Positions 26,656 to 41,184 of a stretch of DNA of 64,000 bases are shown here, piece by piece. This stretch comes from Octopus vulgaris (taxonomy: Eukaryota): positions 83,576,001 through 83,640,000 of the forward strand of contig OX597821.1 in NCBI GenBank assembly GCA_951406725.2, in the 5' to 3' direction. A program made the position numbers and the translations under genes. Below the pieces are notes generated by a model. That model had not been told where the DNA came from, searched no databases, and was given only the letters and a program-made list of their open reading frames with translations. Numbering within the stretch: position 1 is the stretch's first letter; each line of letters opens with the position of its first letter.

Positions 26656-26885
26656 TTTTCTTATTACCCACAAGGGGCTAAACATAAAGGGGACAAACAA
26701 AGACAGACAAACGAATTAAGTCGATTACAACGACCCCAGTGTGTAACTGGTACTTAATTTATCAACCCCGAAAGGATGAAAGGCAAAGTCGACCTCGGCG
26801 GAATTTGAACTCAGAACGCAGCGGCGGACGAAATACTGCAAAGCATTTCGCCCGGCGTGCTAACTTTTCTGCCAGCTCGCCGCCT
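26656..26885 (-). mobile_element. tRNA-derived SINE family B with TSD
   Basis: Head GGCGGCGAGCTGGCAGAA; body gtcgactttgcctttcatcctttcgggg; flanked by aaaacaggtaata duplication. Confidence 0.85.
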
Positions 26886-29800
26886 AAAACAGGTAATAGT
26901 TTAGTAACAGGTAGGCCATCCAGCTGTAAAAGAATGCCACAATAACATATTCAAGTAGTGTGGGAATTGAACAATACAAAGGAACCCTTTCAGTTATATT
27001 TTTGGATTTTTTTGAACGCAAGTGCTACCATTTGAAAGCTCTGCAAACCAGATGTTAGCAAGCTTATGGGGTCATCAGAGGAGAATGTGTGCTATTTTGA
27101 GGCCTTCCTCTCAATGGCATTATTGTATGTGTATACACACACACACACACACACACACACATATGAGCTTCTTTCAGTTTCCACCAACCAAATCCATCAG
27201 CTCGGGTTGCCATACATGTGGTTGGAAAATGAACTTCTTAACCATAAACCCTTCTTTCTGCATTACACACACTCATACATATATATTTATCAATAAGATT
27301 CATTTGACAATGAGGAAAAGATGAAAGAGACATTTGAGTAGTCTGTCATTTAAGGTCATCATTAGTTTTATTTCTAATAGTTGAAAATGGAACACAACTG
27401 TTCCAAGAAAAGAAAATACCAAAATTGAGTTGGAAAAAATGAGATTAACATTGGGACCTGATTCTCTAAGAGGATGTTGTGCTTATCTTAGTAATGTAAC
27501 TTGTGAGTAGATGAAAGAGGGACACATAGAGAAAGAAAGAGAGGGTGAGTAAAAACATAGGAATGTCTCCAAGTCTCTTTTCTTTTTTTTACTCTTTTTA
27601 CTTGTTTCAGTCATTTGACTGCAGCCATGCTGGAGCACCGCCTTTAGTCGAGCAAATCGACCCAGGACTTATTCTTTGTAAGCCTAGTTCTTATTCTATC
27701 GGTCCCTTTTTGCCGAACCGCTAAGTTGCGAGGACGTAAACACACCAGCATCGGTTGTCCAAGCAATGCTAGGGGAACAAACACAGACACACAAGTGAGG
27801 TTGATTTTTTTTTTTTTTAGTTCATTATGTGTTGCAGAATGTTTAAGTTGACCAGTGTAACAGTCGAAAAGCAACTGATATTGGACTAAGCAGAACTTAA
27901 TATGACTGCGTCTCTCCTCTCTGTCTGTTCAGTTCTGTCTTATTAGCCATCTGCCTTGCATTCTTCTTTTTCTCAGCTGTGATATTCTGAAATCAAAGCT
28001 TGACAGATTTTTTTAAACAACTTCTGGTTTGCTAGAATTTTTGCTGACATCAGCCAAAGAATTTAACAAGTTGTCATTGGACATCGTTACTTAGATTCTT
28101 CATAATGTCATTATTCAGTTTGAAAGATCCTGTTTGTTGCTTATGAAACCTTTTCTCAACAGGAAAAACAAGTCCTACTACATATGCATTATCACTGCTT
28201 TACTACCTACTTTTCCATGCTTGCATGGGGTCAAATGATACCTCAGTTAATGCAGATTAGCAGATTTTTCTATAGCAAGATGTCCTTCAGTATTGCCAAA
28301 CCTCAACTGCTTCCTAGTAAAATAATGTTTTCTCTCGTCTTATAAACAACAAAAAAATCTAGGCATGCTTTTGTGGAGGATTATATACAAATGATATTGC
28401 TTTTATGAACAGCAACTCTATTCACAATCAACACATATATGTGAAAACCAGAAGAGAGGGATATATACTCCTCATATAAACAGTCACTCCAACACACACA
28501 ATAAGCTTCTTCTAGTTCCCATCTACCCAGTTTCACTCACGAGGCTCTGGCTATTCTATGGTTAGTAGAGGATACCAACTGACTGTGTCCATGCAGTGAG
28601 GACAGACTTTTAGCCATGTGCACCTGTGTTTGTGTATTTGTGTGCGCATGTGTGTGTGTGTGTGTGTGAGAGAGACAGAGAGAGAGAGAGATGTTGACAA
28701 AAAAAACACTTCTTTTCTGTGAGAGAGATTTTAGGAGAGTTCTTTCTGCCAACTGCTGAGATGATTGTAGATAAATGTTTGAAAAATGTTGATGTAACTT
28801 AAAGATAGCAAAAATTCCAAGCATTTCAATTCTGTCGCTTTAAGTTTCATATATTTACTTCTTCCTCATTAAAGCAAATGGAATTACAAGCCAAACATTG
28901 ATTAATTACAAAAGCAATATAAACACACCTACATCCTAATTACAATAACAGAATTAGTTGAAGAATAAAAATAACACTGAAAAATTAGACAAAGAGTATT
29001 TTTGTATTCTTATGAACTAAATATAGTTTTAGTTTTATTTAAACCAATTTCTAGAAATAATACCAAATGTAAACTAAAATTCAACAGACATAGCATAGAT
29101 GGCATCAAAGTAAGAAATAATAGTTAACCATTAGACAATTTAAAATCCAGTTCAACATTATTCCCATGATCCTTTGCTGCCTACAATAAATTGTGACAAT
29201 GCACTACTTTCATAATTTCATGTAGAGAATTAGGCTGACACGGTACTACTGAAACATTAATAGACTCAGGAACTTAATTGTTCCAAAGACTAATTAAGCA
29301 AATGTAGGAAATCCCCCACATTACATGAGTAATAGACTTCTGAAAAACTTGTAATATGAAATTCTGGAAGACAAAATTCCTTTTGCCTTGATTTTCATAT
29401 TACAAAGTAATAATGCGTTCCAATAGATTTTTATTTTTTTTATTTTTTGTGAAACAACATTAACAATAAAAAAAGACAAGCAACACAACCACATCAATTT
29501 CTAAACACACACAGGACAATTATGTATACAGAAACATTTGAAGAGAAATATGTTAGGAAATAAATAAGAACCATAATACCATAACGGGATATGTTCTTAC
29601 CACTAAAGAAATTGACTGTGTAAGGGGTGGCGGGGGAATGAGAGGTACTGGGAGGATGAGGGTTCTATCTTCTATCTTATGGTTCATCATCATCATCAAC
29701 GTCTACCTGAGGGACAAAGAACTTATAAAAAATTGCTTGATATTTATGGCACATCCTCTCTTTATACAACTCTGTGAGGAAACTGAGCACATTATAAACT

Positions 29801-30689
29801 TCTCTTGTAATTTTCATGTTATGCTTGCGATTAGGGCTGCTTTAAGCAAAACCTTGCAGAACCCTTCATCTATGCCAACCCTTTAGCAATTTTCTTTGCA
29901 GTCAATCTAAGTGAATCATCATCAATATTTAATGTCCATTGCCCATGCTGGCATGGTTAGACTGTTTAACTGGGCTGGCACACTTGACGGCTGTACCAGG
30001 TTCCAGTCTGATTTGGCATGATTTGGATGCCATTCCTAATGCCAACCACTCTGAGAGTGTAATGGGTGCTTTTACAAGCCACCAGTATCTGCCATGACTG
30101 CTATTTTGCTTGGCTTGATGGGTCTTCTTCTCAAGCATGACATAATGCCAAAGGTCTCAGTCATTGCCTCCATGAGGCCCAACACTCAAAAGGAGCTCAA
30201 TTTAAGTGGAAGTTGGTGGAATTTCTGTATTCTCAGACTGCTCTTGTTCAAATAGCATCAGCTCCTTGTCAGATAAACTTGTTCTATGGGACACTAGCAA
30301 TTCAACCATATCATCCTCTTCAAATGCTACACAATTTGCAAATGTCACAATATCTCCTGAATTTGATGTTGAATTTTCACTTGTGGAAAACTTGTAAAGT
30401 CACAGGTACAGTCCGGCCATATATTTTTCAAAGCATAATTCAAAGTTGAGGGTTTCATTTAATCCTAAGAGGCAGCACCCATTATGTTGAACTTCTTCCA
30501 AAAGTCTCTAATAACAGGTTTATCCTCTCTGATTATTGCTTTCATAAGTTATAAGTTCTCACTGGATCAAAGTTGTACTTTTGAGGATATATTCTTCTCT
30601 ATTATCAGAAAGCTCATTTGAGATCACCGGGTGGCTTGCTACAATGTGTAAAAGAAGCAGTAGAAATATAACACCTGACATTGAAGTAA

Positions 30690-31814
30690 TTGGTAATGGA
30701 AGAATTGGTGACGCACATCCTCGATGATAGTGATGCTGTTGACATCGTTTTATTGGACTTTGCCAAAGCTTTTGACTCGGTAAACCACCGCCTATTACTT
30801 GTCAAGCTTCAAGCATATAGTTTCCATCCGGATATTGTACGATGGGTTGGTGCCTTCCTCTCAGATCGCTCCTTCCAAGTCCAAGTTAATGGTTCGCGGT
30901 CCGACGTCTCCAGTGTGGGCAGTGGCGTGCCTCAGGGTTCAGTGCTTGGGCCCTTATTGTTCTTAGTCTTCATAAATGACTTGCCCGACGACCTCACGCA
31001 ACACACCCTTCTATTTGCCGACGATATCAAACTGGTTGCTCCTCGCGGTGATATAGAGGATCTTCGTCGATGCCTCCACCAAATTTGGAAGTGGTCTAAC
31101 AAATGGGACCTGTGTCTGAACATGTCAAAGTGCTGTCATCTGCCTGTTGGCTCTCCTCCTGCAACTCAACTTGATTTCAAGCCGGGTCGTCTGCTGCTGG
31201 AGAGGACCGATCAGGTAAAGGACCTGGGTATCTTGGTGGATTCCTCCTTTTCGCCTTCGGCCCAGTGCGTCCATGCCACCAACAAAGCACGCGGAATTCT
31301 GTTCTTGATTCGACGGTCATTTGGAATGCTCACAGCAGCCATATTCCTACCACTCTATGTCACGCTGGTGAGACCCATATTGGAGTACGGGATTCAAGCC
31401 TCTTTTCCTTATCTCCTCAAAGACATACAGCATCTCGAAAGAGTCCAGAAGCTGGCTACCCGCATGGTTCATGGTCTCAAAAATTTGTCTTATGAAGAAA
31501 GGCTGAGGACGCTCGACCTTTATTCTCTAGAAAAACGACGACGCCATGGTGATCTCATTCTCGCTCACAACATCATAAGCAGAAAGTGTAACCTCTCGAA
31601 AGAGCTGTTCTTCACTCCTCCTCCAGAGCGTCGCCTGCGGGGTCATTCCGAAAAGCTCTATCTGCGACGATTTCATCTCAATCGAAGGAGAGGAGCTTTC
31701 TCCGTCCGGGTTGCGGATCCGTGGAACAAGCTGCCAGACGAGATGGTGAAGATGCCGACGACCGCTTTGTTCAAAGCCTCCCTTGACCTCAAGTGGCCTG
31801 AACTCTTTACATGA
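30690..31814 (+). CDS. Non-LTR reverse transcriptase, C-terminal part of LINE ORF2 (no endonuclease, no true start)
   Basis: 374-aa open frame with LDFAKAFDSVNH, SGVPQGSVLGPLLFLVFINDL, LFADDIK, KDLGI, LYVTLVRPILEY, LERVQKLATR, LEKRR. Confidence 0.92.
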   Translation: MVMEELVTHILDDSDAVDIVLLDFAKAFDSVNHRLLLVKLQAYSFHPDIVRWVGAFLSDRSFQVQVNGSRSDVSSVGSGVPQGSVLGPLLFLVFINDLPDDLTQHTLLFADDIKLVAPRGDIEDLRRCLHQIWKWSNKWDLCLNMSKCCHLPVGSPPATQLDFKPGRLLLERTDQVKDLGILVDSSFSPSAQCVHATNKARGILFLIRRSFGMLTAAIFLPLYVTLVRPILEYGIQASFPYLLKDIQHLERVQKLATRMVHGLKNLSYEERLRTLDLYSLEKRRRHGDLILAHNIISRKCNLSKELFFTPPPERRLRGHSEKLYLRRFHLNRRRGAFSVRVADPWNKLPDEMVKMPTTALFKASLDLKWPELFT

Positions 31815-31878
31815 ACACCACCCTGTACTTAACTCCATGTCCCCCTACATGGTCTTGCTATTTGCTTTTGAGCCAAAT

Positions 31879-31908
<30 letters not shown>
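30691..31908 (+). mobile_element. 5'-truncated CR1/L2-group non-LTR retrotransposon with (AACT)n tail and TSD
   Basis: RT ORF, short 3' UTR, (AACT)n at 31880-31908, TSD ATTGAAGTAAT (30680-30690) / ATTGAAGCAAT (31909-31919). Confidence 0.9.
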
Positions 31909-31909
<1 letters not shown>

Positions 31910-32679
31910 TTGAAGCAATAACACCTTTCTACAGCAGGACAAGAATTGTTTGTAAATCACCATCGCAAACAGACCTTAGCCATTCATGACTTATTTGAAT
32001 ACCAAATTGGAGGCAAATTAAACAGCGTGCAACCTTAGAAAGCCCTTAGATTTTTAGAGTGAAACATGAGTCCTTCCTTCTAAACCCTTGATTGTATAGT
32101 TGTTGGGACATGCATTGATGACAAAAAAGCCAGATTTCACTACTTCTCTCAGTTTTCTGCTGTCCTCTGTCACTTAGCAAAATTAAGACCAACCCACCCT
32201 TTGATGTTAATCTGAGCTTGGATTTGTAGTCTTTGAAAAAGCTTTCTCCTTTCTGGTTTTGAGAAGCCTAACTTATCAAGATTGGTACTTAGGCAGTGTG
32301 TTACATATCTCAGAATCCCAATAATTACTGATATAAACCTGAACTTGTAATCTGCATAGAACAACTGCATACATACCTATAGATGTATGGTGACATACAT
32401 ATGTATGTATGGTGATCATAGTTTTTCAAATTGTTAACTACCTCGATGTTAGCTAAAGCAATGAGATTCCACCTTTTAGCTAATAAGAAAGTGTAGTTTT
32501 TCAATTCTTAAAATGTATCCAAGTTTTTGAAGTAGTGAAATTACTACTGTACCCCAAAATAGGAGGTTGAACTTTACAATTCCTTTAAGTGTGAAATCCA
32601 GTAAACTGAAAGTAGCCATAACATGGGGATGGCTATCTAAAAGAGTTATTTCATATGTGTGTGAATATATATATGTGTG

Positions 32680-32829
32680 TGTGTGGTAAGTAGCTTGCTT
32701 ACCAACCACATGGTTCCGGGTTCAGTACCACCGCGTGGCACTTTGAACAAGTGTCTTCTACTATAGCCCCGGGCCGACCAATGCCTTGTGAGTGGATTTG
32801 GTAGACGGAAACTGAAAAGAAGCCCGTCG

Positions 32830-32866
<37 letters not shown>

Positions 32867-33080
32867 TTGTGTATACGTTTGTGTGTCTGTGTTTGTCTCC
32901 CCAACATCACTTGACAACTGATGCTGCTTTGTTTACGTCCCTGTAACTTAGCAGGTTGGCAAAAGAGACTGATAAAATAAGTACTAGGCTTACAAAGAAT
33001 AAGCTCTGGGGTCGATTTGCTCAACTAAAGGCAGTGCCCCAGCATGACCACAGTCGAATGACTGAAACAAGAAAAAGAAT
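32680..33080 (+). mobile_element. SINE family A
   Basis: Near-consensus body and tail. Confidence 0.85.
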
Positions 33081-33111
33081 ACATACATACACACACACAC
33101 ATTCACAGGCA

Positions 33112-33160
<49 letters not shown>

Positions 33161-33566
33161 ATATAGATATTTATTTCAGAGTTGCATATTTTTAGCAAGT
33201 GCTTGATTTGAGATTGAAACTGAAGCATTTAGGACATGGAAAAGTCGCTTTAGACATTTAAGAATGAACAAAACCATTACATTCACTTATGCTTGCATCT
33301 TAACAGTATTATTCACTATAAAATGTCAAAATTCTTTTGACACACTTCTAGAAACTGACCACAGACACAATACTATTGCAAGTCCGGATGTGTCAGAAGT
33401 GCACCAATACTTTTTGACACTTTCATTACTGTCAATTTAACAAATTTTCCACAACTTCTTTCCAATACACTGTTAAAGAGAAGGTTTACTTTACATTACT
33501 ATACATACACAGACAAAGACACATAGACACTGTTTCGGGTGATCCAGAGTAACAGACAACCGATTA

Positions 33567-34096
33567 CTGTATTTTCCGGTGTATGAGCTGCGAATTTTTC
33601 CCTGGGAAATTTAGTGTGCAGCTTAGAGAAAGGTGTGCCTAATGTGTGTATTTTTTAGGAGGAAAATAATTTGTGTATGGAAATCGAATGATTCCACTGA
33701 TTTTTTTTAGAGGAAAGGTCAGTTGGTAAACAATGTGAACGACTACTGCTACAGTACATTTGTGCCCAGAAGAAAACAAAGCATATTTGTTTTGTTTTAC
33801 CTCCATGTTTTGATAATGTTATTTCTAATCTAATAAAGACTTTAATATTGATGAAATGTGTTCGTTGTTGATTATAGTAAGATAAAATCATAACAATAAC
33901 AATACATCTCATAGTTGTGAAATAAGGCATTTTGAAACTACATACACATCAACAACAAAAAAGCTTGCTGCAGACCCATAGCTCTATAGGTCTTTTAAAC
34001 ACCGGTGTGCTTTGAGTGTGGATAAAACCAAAATTTTCCCCCAAATTCGGCCCTGCGACTCAAATATCAATGCGTTTTTTAGACCGGAAAATACAG
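33567..34096. mobile_element. pogo/Tigger-like MITE
   Basis: TA|CTGTATTTTCCGGT...ACCGGAAAATACAG|TA: perfect 14-bp terminal inverted repeat with TA TSD. Confidence 0.8.
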
Positions 34097-34299
34097 TAGT
34101 CTCAATATGGTATTGAGTACTTTTTTCTCTAACACATTTAAAAAAAGCTATATATATATATTCATGGCTGGCCGGTAATGTATTTTTCTGCAATATATGG
34201 ATAATTTATCCTGTTCATGCTATTTTATTAGCATTATCACGCGTTTGAGAATTAAAAATTTATTTCTGTTTATATATATATATATATATATATTAAGCA

Positions 34300-34500
34300 C
34301 TTTTGCTGCAGCCACATAAAAAGCACCTAATACACTCCGTAAAGTGGTTGGCATTAGGAAGGGCATCCAGCCATAGAAACCATGTCAAAACAAAAGATTG
34401 GAGCCTGGTGCAGCTCTCCAGTTTGCCAGCTACTGTCAAGTCATTCAACCCATGCCAGCATGGAAAACAAACATTAAATGATGATAATGATGAAGAGGAG
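34300..34500 (+). mobile_element. Retroposon 3' segment (family D, (GAT)n tail)
   Basis: ggttggcattaggaagggcatccagccatagaaac...ccatgccagcatggaaaa...taaatgatga; other copies at ~10575-10860, ~29915-30200 and ~41895-42155 (minus). Confidence 0.7.
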
Positions 34501-35042
34501 GATGACAATGACGACGTCGACGATGATATACACATAAGCATCAGTCTGTATGTATTTATATGTAAGTAAATAATTTCTTTTTTTCCTTTTTTTTTTTAAT
34601 GGTAGAATGACAAGTAGTAGCCATTCTTGTTACAGGTCCTGTCAGAATGGTGAGACTGATACAGGGTGATGCCCAGACTGAATATCAGCAGGTTGATGTT
34701 TGCAGGAAAAATATGGATGGGTAGAGAAGACAAATGGAATCTCATCTGAATGCTTCCAGCAAAGTGAACTCTGCTAAAAGCACCAAAGAGTTGATGATTG
34801 TGTAACCTAAATAGAGTATTTCAATAGAAACAGGATCATGAAAGTGTTACACTATGTTCAATGTAGCAGCATAACTGCTTGACTGTATTAGTGTAGAATA
34901 CTGACAAGGGATGCTTTTAATTACAGTTAATCTATAAAAATACTATTATTATTATTATTATTATTACGAAAATGGTGAACTGACAGAATTGTCATGATGC
35001 AGGACAAAATACTCAGCAGTAAATCTTCTGGCTTTACATTCT

Positions 35043-35275
35043 TATTTCTTTATTGCCCACAAGGGGCTAAACATAGAGGGGACGAACAAGGACAGACAAA
35101 CGGATTAAGTCGATTTCATCGACCCCAGTGCATAACTGGTACTTAATTTATCGACCCCCGAAAGGATGAAAGGCAAAGTCGACCTCGGCGGAATTTGAAC
35201 TCAAAACGCAGCGGCGGATGAAATACCACAAAGCATTTCGCCCGGCGTGCTAACGATTCTGCCACCTCACCACCT
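35043..35275 (-). mobile_element. SINE family B inserted antisense into an older family-B-like copy (~34968-35432, +)
   Basis: TSD cttctggctttacattct on both sides. Confidence 0.85.
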
Positions 35276-37469
35276 TCTGGCTTTACATTCTGAGTTCAAA
35301 CTCTGCTGAGGTCAGCTTTGTCTTTCATCTTTTCACGGTTGATGAAATAAGAACAAATTGAGCAGAGGGGTTAATGTAACAACTAGCCTCCACCCAACAA
35401 AATTTCAAGCTTGGTGCCAGCACTGGAAAGGACCACCACAACCACCAGCTCCACGATGACAACTACTACTACTACTACTACCACCACACCACCACCACCA
35501 CTACTATATCATATACCATTAAGAAAATTAGTTAATTAAGTCTTTATGAGAATAAATATTTAATCTTACTCTTAATTTATTTTCAAAAATACTTCATTTT
35601 ATTACAAATTTATTATAAAATAACACAGACATTGTATATAAGAAATAAAAAAACCCTTTATTGATTTCTGTTATATGTAATCAACCAGTTTTTGATTTTT
35701 GATTCCTGGTAGTAGACAGGAATCAAATATTATAAAACATCAAAAACAATCCATTCCTTTTATTCCCTATAAATCAGAAGCCAAATGTCTATCTCAGAAA
35801 TCAATATGGCTACTATTTTCACTAAGAACAGCATCATCATCATCATCATTACCATCACCTTCTTCACCATCATAACTATTATGATTTCACAGCTGTTACT
35901 GATCGAAGGCAAATAAGCTGACTTTGCTCTCCATGTCTAAGTGAAAACAGGCAGATCTGGAATATATTCCATGAATTTAATTTCACTGAACTTGCATCTA
36001 TGGTCTTTTATCTTTTACTTGTTTCAGTCTTTGGACTATGCCATGCTGGGGCACCACTGTAAAAGACTTAGTCAAACAAATCAACCCCAGTACTTAGTTT
36101 GGTACTTATTCTATCAGTGTCTTTTGCTAAACAGCAAAATTATAGGGACATAAACTAACCAACACTGGATATCAAGTAGTAGTGGGGAACAAACACAAGG
36201 ACACACAAACATATATATATCATGACGGGCTGTTTATTCAAGCTTTGGTCAGCCTTCCATGCAGTGGAACGGAACCCAAGACCACATGATTGGGAAGCAA
36301 GCTTCTCAGCCAGACTGCCACATAAAGTTTAAGTGAGTTTCTTCACCATAAAATAAGTAATATACCCTAGTCACTACCAGTATTCAAATTTGGTTACTTT
36401 TTACTTATTTCAGTCATCAGACTGTGGCCATGCTGGGGTACCACCTTGAGGATTCTCTATCAAATGAATGAACCTTGGTACTTATTCTATCAAGACCGTT
36501 TGCAGAACTTCTAAGTTACAGAGATGTAAACACACCAACACCAGTTCTCAAATGGTGGTGGGGAACAAATACAGACACAAAGACACAGATCTAGACACAC
36601 ACACATAATGGACTTCTTTCAGTTTTTGTCTACTAAATTCACTAACAAGGCTTTGATCAGCTTAAGGCTACAGTGGAAGACACTTGCCCAAGAAACGATG
36701 CAGCAGGACTGAACCTGGAACCATGTGGTTGGGAAGCAAACTTCATATCGCATAGCCACGCCTGCACCTATTCATCCTTTCATAACCTACACAGATTCTG
36801 TAGGATCAACACTAAACCAGTTGGTTTAAGCAACTCTGATGAGATGAGTGATGCACTTAAAAGCAGTGGGTGCTAATGTAAGCCACAACTAACTTTATCC
36901 AGCAAATACCGGTAGGTACCTATTTGTTGCATTTAGGTGAGCTGACTAACAAGCATAGAATACAATGTGAAACACAAATTCTACTTTCCTAAATACATTT
37001 CTTTCTGAGTCCTGCTGAATACAATGTTGTTCTTTGTCCTCAGTCCAGCTTTCGTCAAGAAAACCTCAGACCAAAGGTATTCTAGCTATAACAATCCAAT
37101 TTCATTTTCAACTACAATGCATCTAAGACTACACTGTCCTGTTTGTTCTTCCTTTTTTAAGATAATGGAGTGTAATTTGATGTAGATTTTAACTGCTATT
37201 TCTCGAAAGATTAGCAACCAAGAAATGTCTCCATCACCATCATTGGTTTGTAACAAGATATGACTATCATGGTGGTATCTCAAGGAAAATACAGCATCTG
37301 CAATTTGCTGCTATGTTCTGGTGGCAGGCATAAAGACAATTTTAAAGAAGACGGAAATGGGATTTGCGACACTCATACCATTCTTACCCTAACCCCAACA
37401 CATTCAGCTAAATACTTCAAAAAACAATACATTAAAAAAAAATGCATTAAAAAAAAATGCTGATCACCA

Positions 37470-38140
37470 TACTCATAAAGGCAACCCACATGTGTCTTTG
37501 ATACTGTGGGGTTTGGGGCCACTCCTTCTCTGATAACATCTCATATGCTGAAATCTATGGGGTTCAAATCAGGACAGCAAGAAGATTATATGATGTTGGA
37601 GAGGCACCACATAATTGGTCAGTTTTCCTGGACCTTGTTGGACATGAACAACCCTATCCTCATCATGTAGGACATCTACTTGATGTCCTCATGCACTACA
37701 TGTTTGACAGTGGACTCTTCTACCTTGAGCTGTTGTTCAGTAATGGCTTTTATTGATCCACTGGGGTTATCATGAATGATATTACAGACTTGCTGGACAA
37801 AATTAGCCATCCTGTTGATGTCTAACTACTAAGAATGTTTCTGCCTTTTGACCATACAAAACACATCCCTTACCAGAAGACTCCAGCTCTTTCCTGATTT
37901 TGAATACAAAGCATCCAGGAGCAATTGAGAAGCTGTGATCTTTTGAGTTAATGTGGTTAGTGACTAGAGTCTCGAGCATGGCTTGCCTTTTTATTCCCTG
38001 TATCAGAATGGAATCTGTTATGCTGATGATGCTAATATATCTGAAAGAGAAAAGAGCAAGTTAAAATTTGGCACATGCCACATAGCATTATGTTATCTTC
38101 CATATAAGGCCTGCTAAAGTGTGTTCACAGATATCTGGCA
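37470..38140 (-). pseudogene. Tc1/mariner transposase remnant (deleted derivative)
   Basis: Minus strand ...SCCPDLNPIDFSI*DV (cf. SPDLNPLDxxxW); heavily degraded. Confidence 0.5.
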
Positions 38141-38345
38141 CACGCGTGTATATCTGTATATGTATTTTTATTACATGTATGTGCATATATGCATACATGT
38201 ACATATATACTCTCATATTTATCCTAAGCCCATTAAAAATATGAGTGGCTAATAAGTTTATGCTTGCATATATGTGTCTATGCATAAGGTGATAATGAGT
38301 GCTTATTTACAGATATATACATGCCTTTGAGTGTGTATGTATGTA

Positions 38346-38401
<56 letters not shown>

Positions 38402-38424
38402 TATGTATGTGTATATATATGTGT

Positions 38425-38471
<47 letters not shown>

Positions 38472-39539
38472 TATACATACACGCACACACACTCACACAC
38501 AGACATATACATGTAGTGCTATGAAGAAACACAGATAGAAATCTATCTGTGTTCTATATACTATATAAAATATTCCAGCAATCACGAGTATGATGTGCGT
38601 ATCAACTAGAATTTTTCTGTCACTATAAACAAACTTTAATCTCAAAGATAGCAAAAGAGAAATAATTTGATATTTCAAAATACAAGTTTCAACGTAGTAA
38701 GCAGAATTAAAATTTGGAGAGCGAAGCTTGAGAATTTGGATAAGATTATATTTTGTGATGAGAAGAGACATCTAACTCTTTATCAGACATAGAAAATTCT
38801 TCCTTTTCTCTTTTCTCTCACTTTTAGATGAAGGTTGAGCCCTGAATCAGCTTCTATCTCAGACAAAGGGACAGTCCCTAAAACATCATATTTCTGTCCT
38901 CTATGACATATGAATTAATCAAACTCACAAACTCAAGAATTTTTGAAAATGCCGACCACCACCAACTTCCTTGGACTCCTGTTTTTACTTAAAAATATGA
39001 ATAGCTGGAAAGGTAGAACACCACACTAAATACAATATGGTTCTAGGTTCAAACCTATCTTTTGTGACTCTTTAAAAAAATGTGAGTTTATAAAGGATTT
39101 ATTTTTTTATATGAGTACAAAATGTCATAATCTTGAGCCTAGTACTTTTTTTTTAACAGGAAAGCAAAGTCAACTTCATACATAAACTCAGAACACAAAG
39201 AGAAGTATTATTTTGTCCAACAAGCTAATTCTGTCAAACATCCACCCATACAGAGGATGGCAGAATGTGTCTATAAGAATGGCAGATAAGTCAGTAGATG
39301 AGATATTCCTCAGAGGAACTGATCTTGTATTTTAGGTATGAAATCAATATTATATTAGACCAATTGTGAACACTTATAGACTGAGAAGTACACTCCAAGT
39401 CAACAGAAACTAATTACTTTTAAGGTCGTCAGAGACAGAATCAATAATTCACGCAATGAAAATAGGTTAAATTTATTCTTCCAGGAAAAAGTCATTCTAG
39501 TCATCCATCTTTTCTGCCCACTGTTCTTGGAAGGGTCAT

Positions 39540-39900
39540 GGAGATAGAGTCCTCAAGCACCTCTTCCATAGGGTCCAATCAGAAGCAACCATCATTAGAC
39601 TTTCCTACTGGATTCCCAAGCATGTCTAGCTGAGACTTTGGATATTGTCCAACCAACTTCTCCTTGGTCTATCCTTAGTTGACTCAGCTTGAAGAATCTG
39701 TCTTGCAATTCTTTCCTGAAACATTCTAATCACATGTCCAGTAGTACCGGGAACTGTAACCTCTCAATGTGAAGAAGTAATGACTCAACCTTGAGAGAGC
39801 CCCTGATCTCCAAGCAATGCACCCTGTTGAGTAACGTTACTCCAGAGTTCCTTGAGAGGGACCACATTTCAATTGCTTGTATTTGTGATCATACTCTTTT
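39540..39900 (-). pseudogene. RTE-type LINE ORF 3' remnant
   Basis: Minus strand KDRPRRSWLDNIQSL (GRPxxxWxD-type C-terminus); degraded. Confidence 0.5.
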
Positions 39901-41184
39901 AGCCATGACACAACGTCCGTTGTATGACTGTGTCTATACATGTGTGCATGCAGCAGCAACAACAACAATACTGGAGGTGAGAGGAGAAAGTATTGAAATG
40001 TTGAGAGACTTAGGAAAGTTACTGTTTCAAAAGAGAAACCAAAAATGATTGATTAAATAAATAAATACACAACAAGTAAGGAAATATGGAAAATCATTAA
40101 TAAGAAATGATTAAACTCAAATGCATTCATGTTTTCATTATAAAATATTTTCAAGAAAATCTTTTCCTTGATGTAAAAACGTGTGTGTGTGTGTGTGTGT
40201 GTGTGTTGGTGTTATATTGTATACAATCACCTCTATTTAAAACTTCAAACATTTATCTGATATTTATCTGCATATTAATTTATAAATACATTCATATGGG
40301 CATATTATATGCAGACACACACACACACACACATGTAAATATAATATACATGTGTGTGTGTGTGTATACAACATATATATAATACATATATTTTAATATA
40401 ATCTGGGTAATAATAACCTTATAGTGTCTTAAGTTTGAAAAACATATTTAGTGAAACTCTATGTATGAATGTATGTGTGGATAAATAGATATATGTGAGA
40501 GTGTGTGTGTGTGTGTGTGTGTGTGTATAGCACACATTCATGTGTGTGTGTATGTAAACAGTAATTGTTACTTCAGTTTCAGTCATTATGGTCTTTCATA
40601 CTAAAGACACACAAACGTGTGCGTATGTGGGTGAAAATAACATAGAATAGTCGCAAAACATAATTTTTCAACTTCAGCTGCATTTTTTATTTTAAATTGC
40701 AACAAAGTTTACAATTGCATTTATGTTGACACACTAAGATTATAAATGAAACAGTAATGCTAAGGTATCCTGATGGCATTTGCAGGAGTAAGTAAACTAG
40801 TTTTGACTATCAGTGGTGCTGGTTTGGTGTTGATCCTGCAGAATCTGGGTATGTAATTAAAGAATGAACAAAAATTTAATGACTATATGTTATGAGGTGG
40901 AAGCAGATGGCTGGGTGGTTTGGGTGTTGCATTCAATATCATCAGATTGTGGTTTTGATTCCTGGACTGGGTGATGCATTGTTCTTGAGCAAAACGCCTC
41001 AATTCACATTACTCAAGTTTACTCATATGGCAAAAATGATTAAGCCTGTGATGGACTGGAGTCCAGTCCAGGGGTCGGGGAAAAGGAGATTATAATACTA
41101 TCCATGTATAAGAAACTCCCATATTTTTTAACCTAATTTTTGACAAAAAAGGGTTTCTTATGTACGCTAAAATACAGTATATAT

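Larger units (their letters stand above)
29700..32330 (-). pseudogene. Decayed pogo/Tigger transposase, interrupted by a SINE fragment (~29915-30200) and a LINE (30691-31908)
   Basis: Minus-strand peptide remnants NLPPIWYSNKS*M (cf. LPVxWxSNxKAWM), RDFWKKFNI, FEEDDMVELLVSH...LSDKELMLFEQ. Confidence 0.6.

Noticed and set aside
30932-31838. Antisense and alternate-frame ORFs over the LINE
   Set aside because: Shadows of the GC-richer RT coding sequence.
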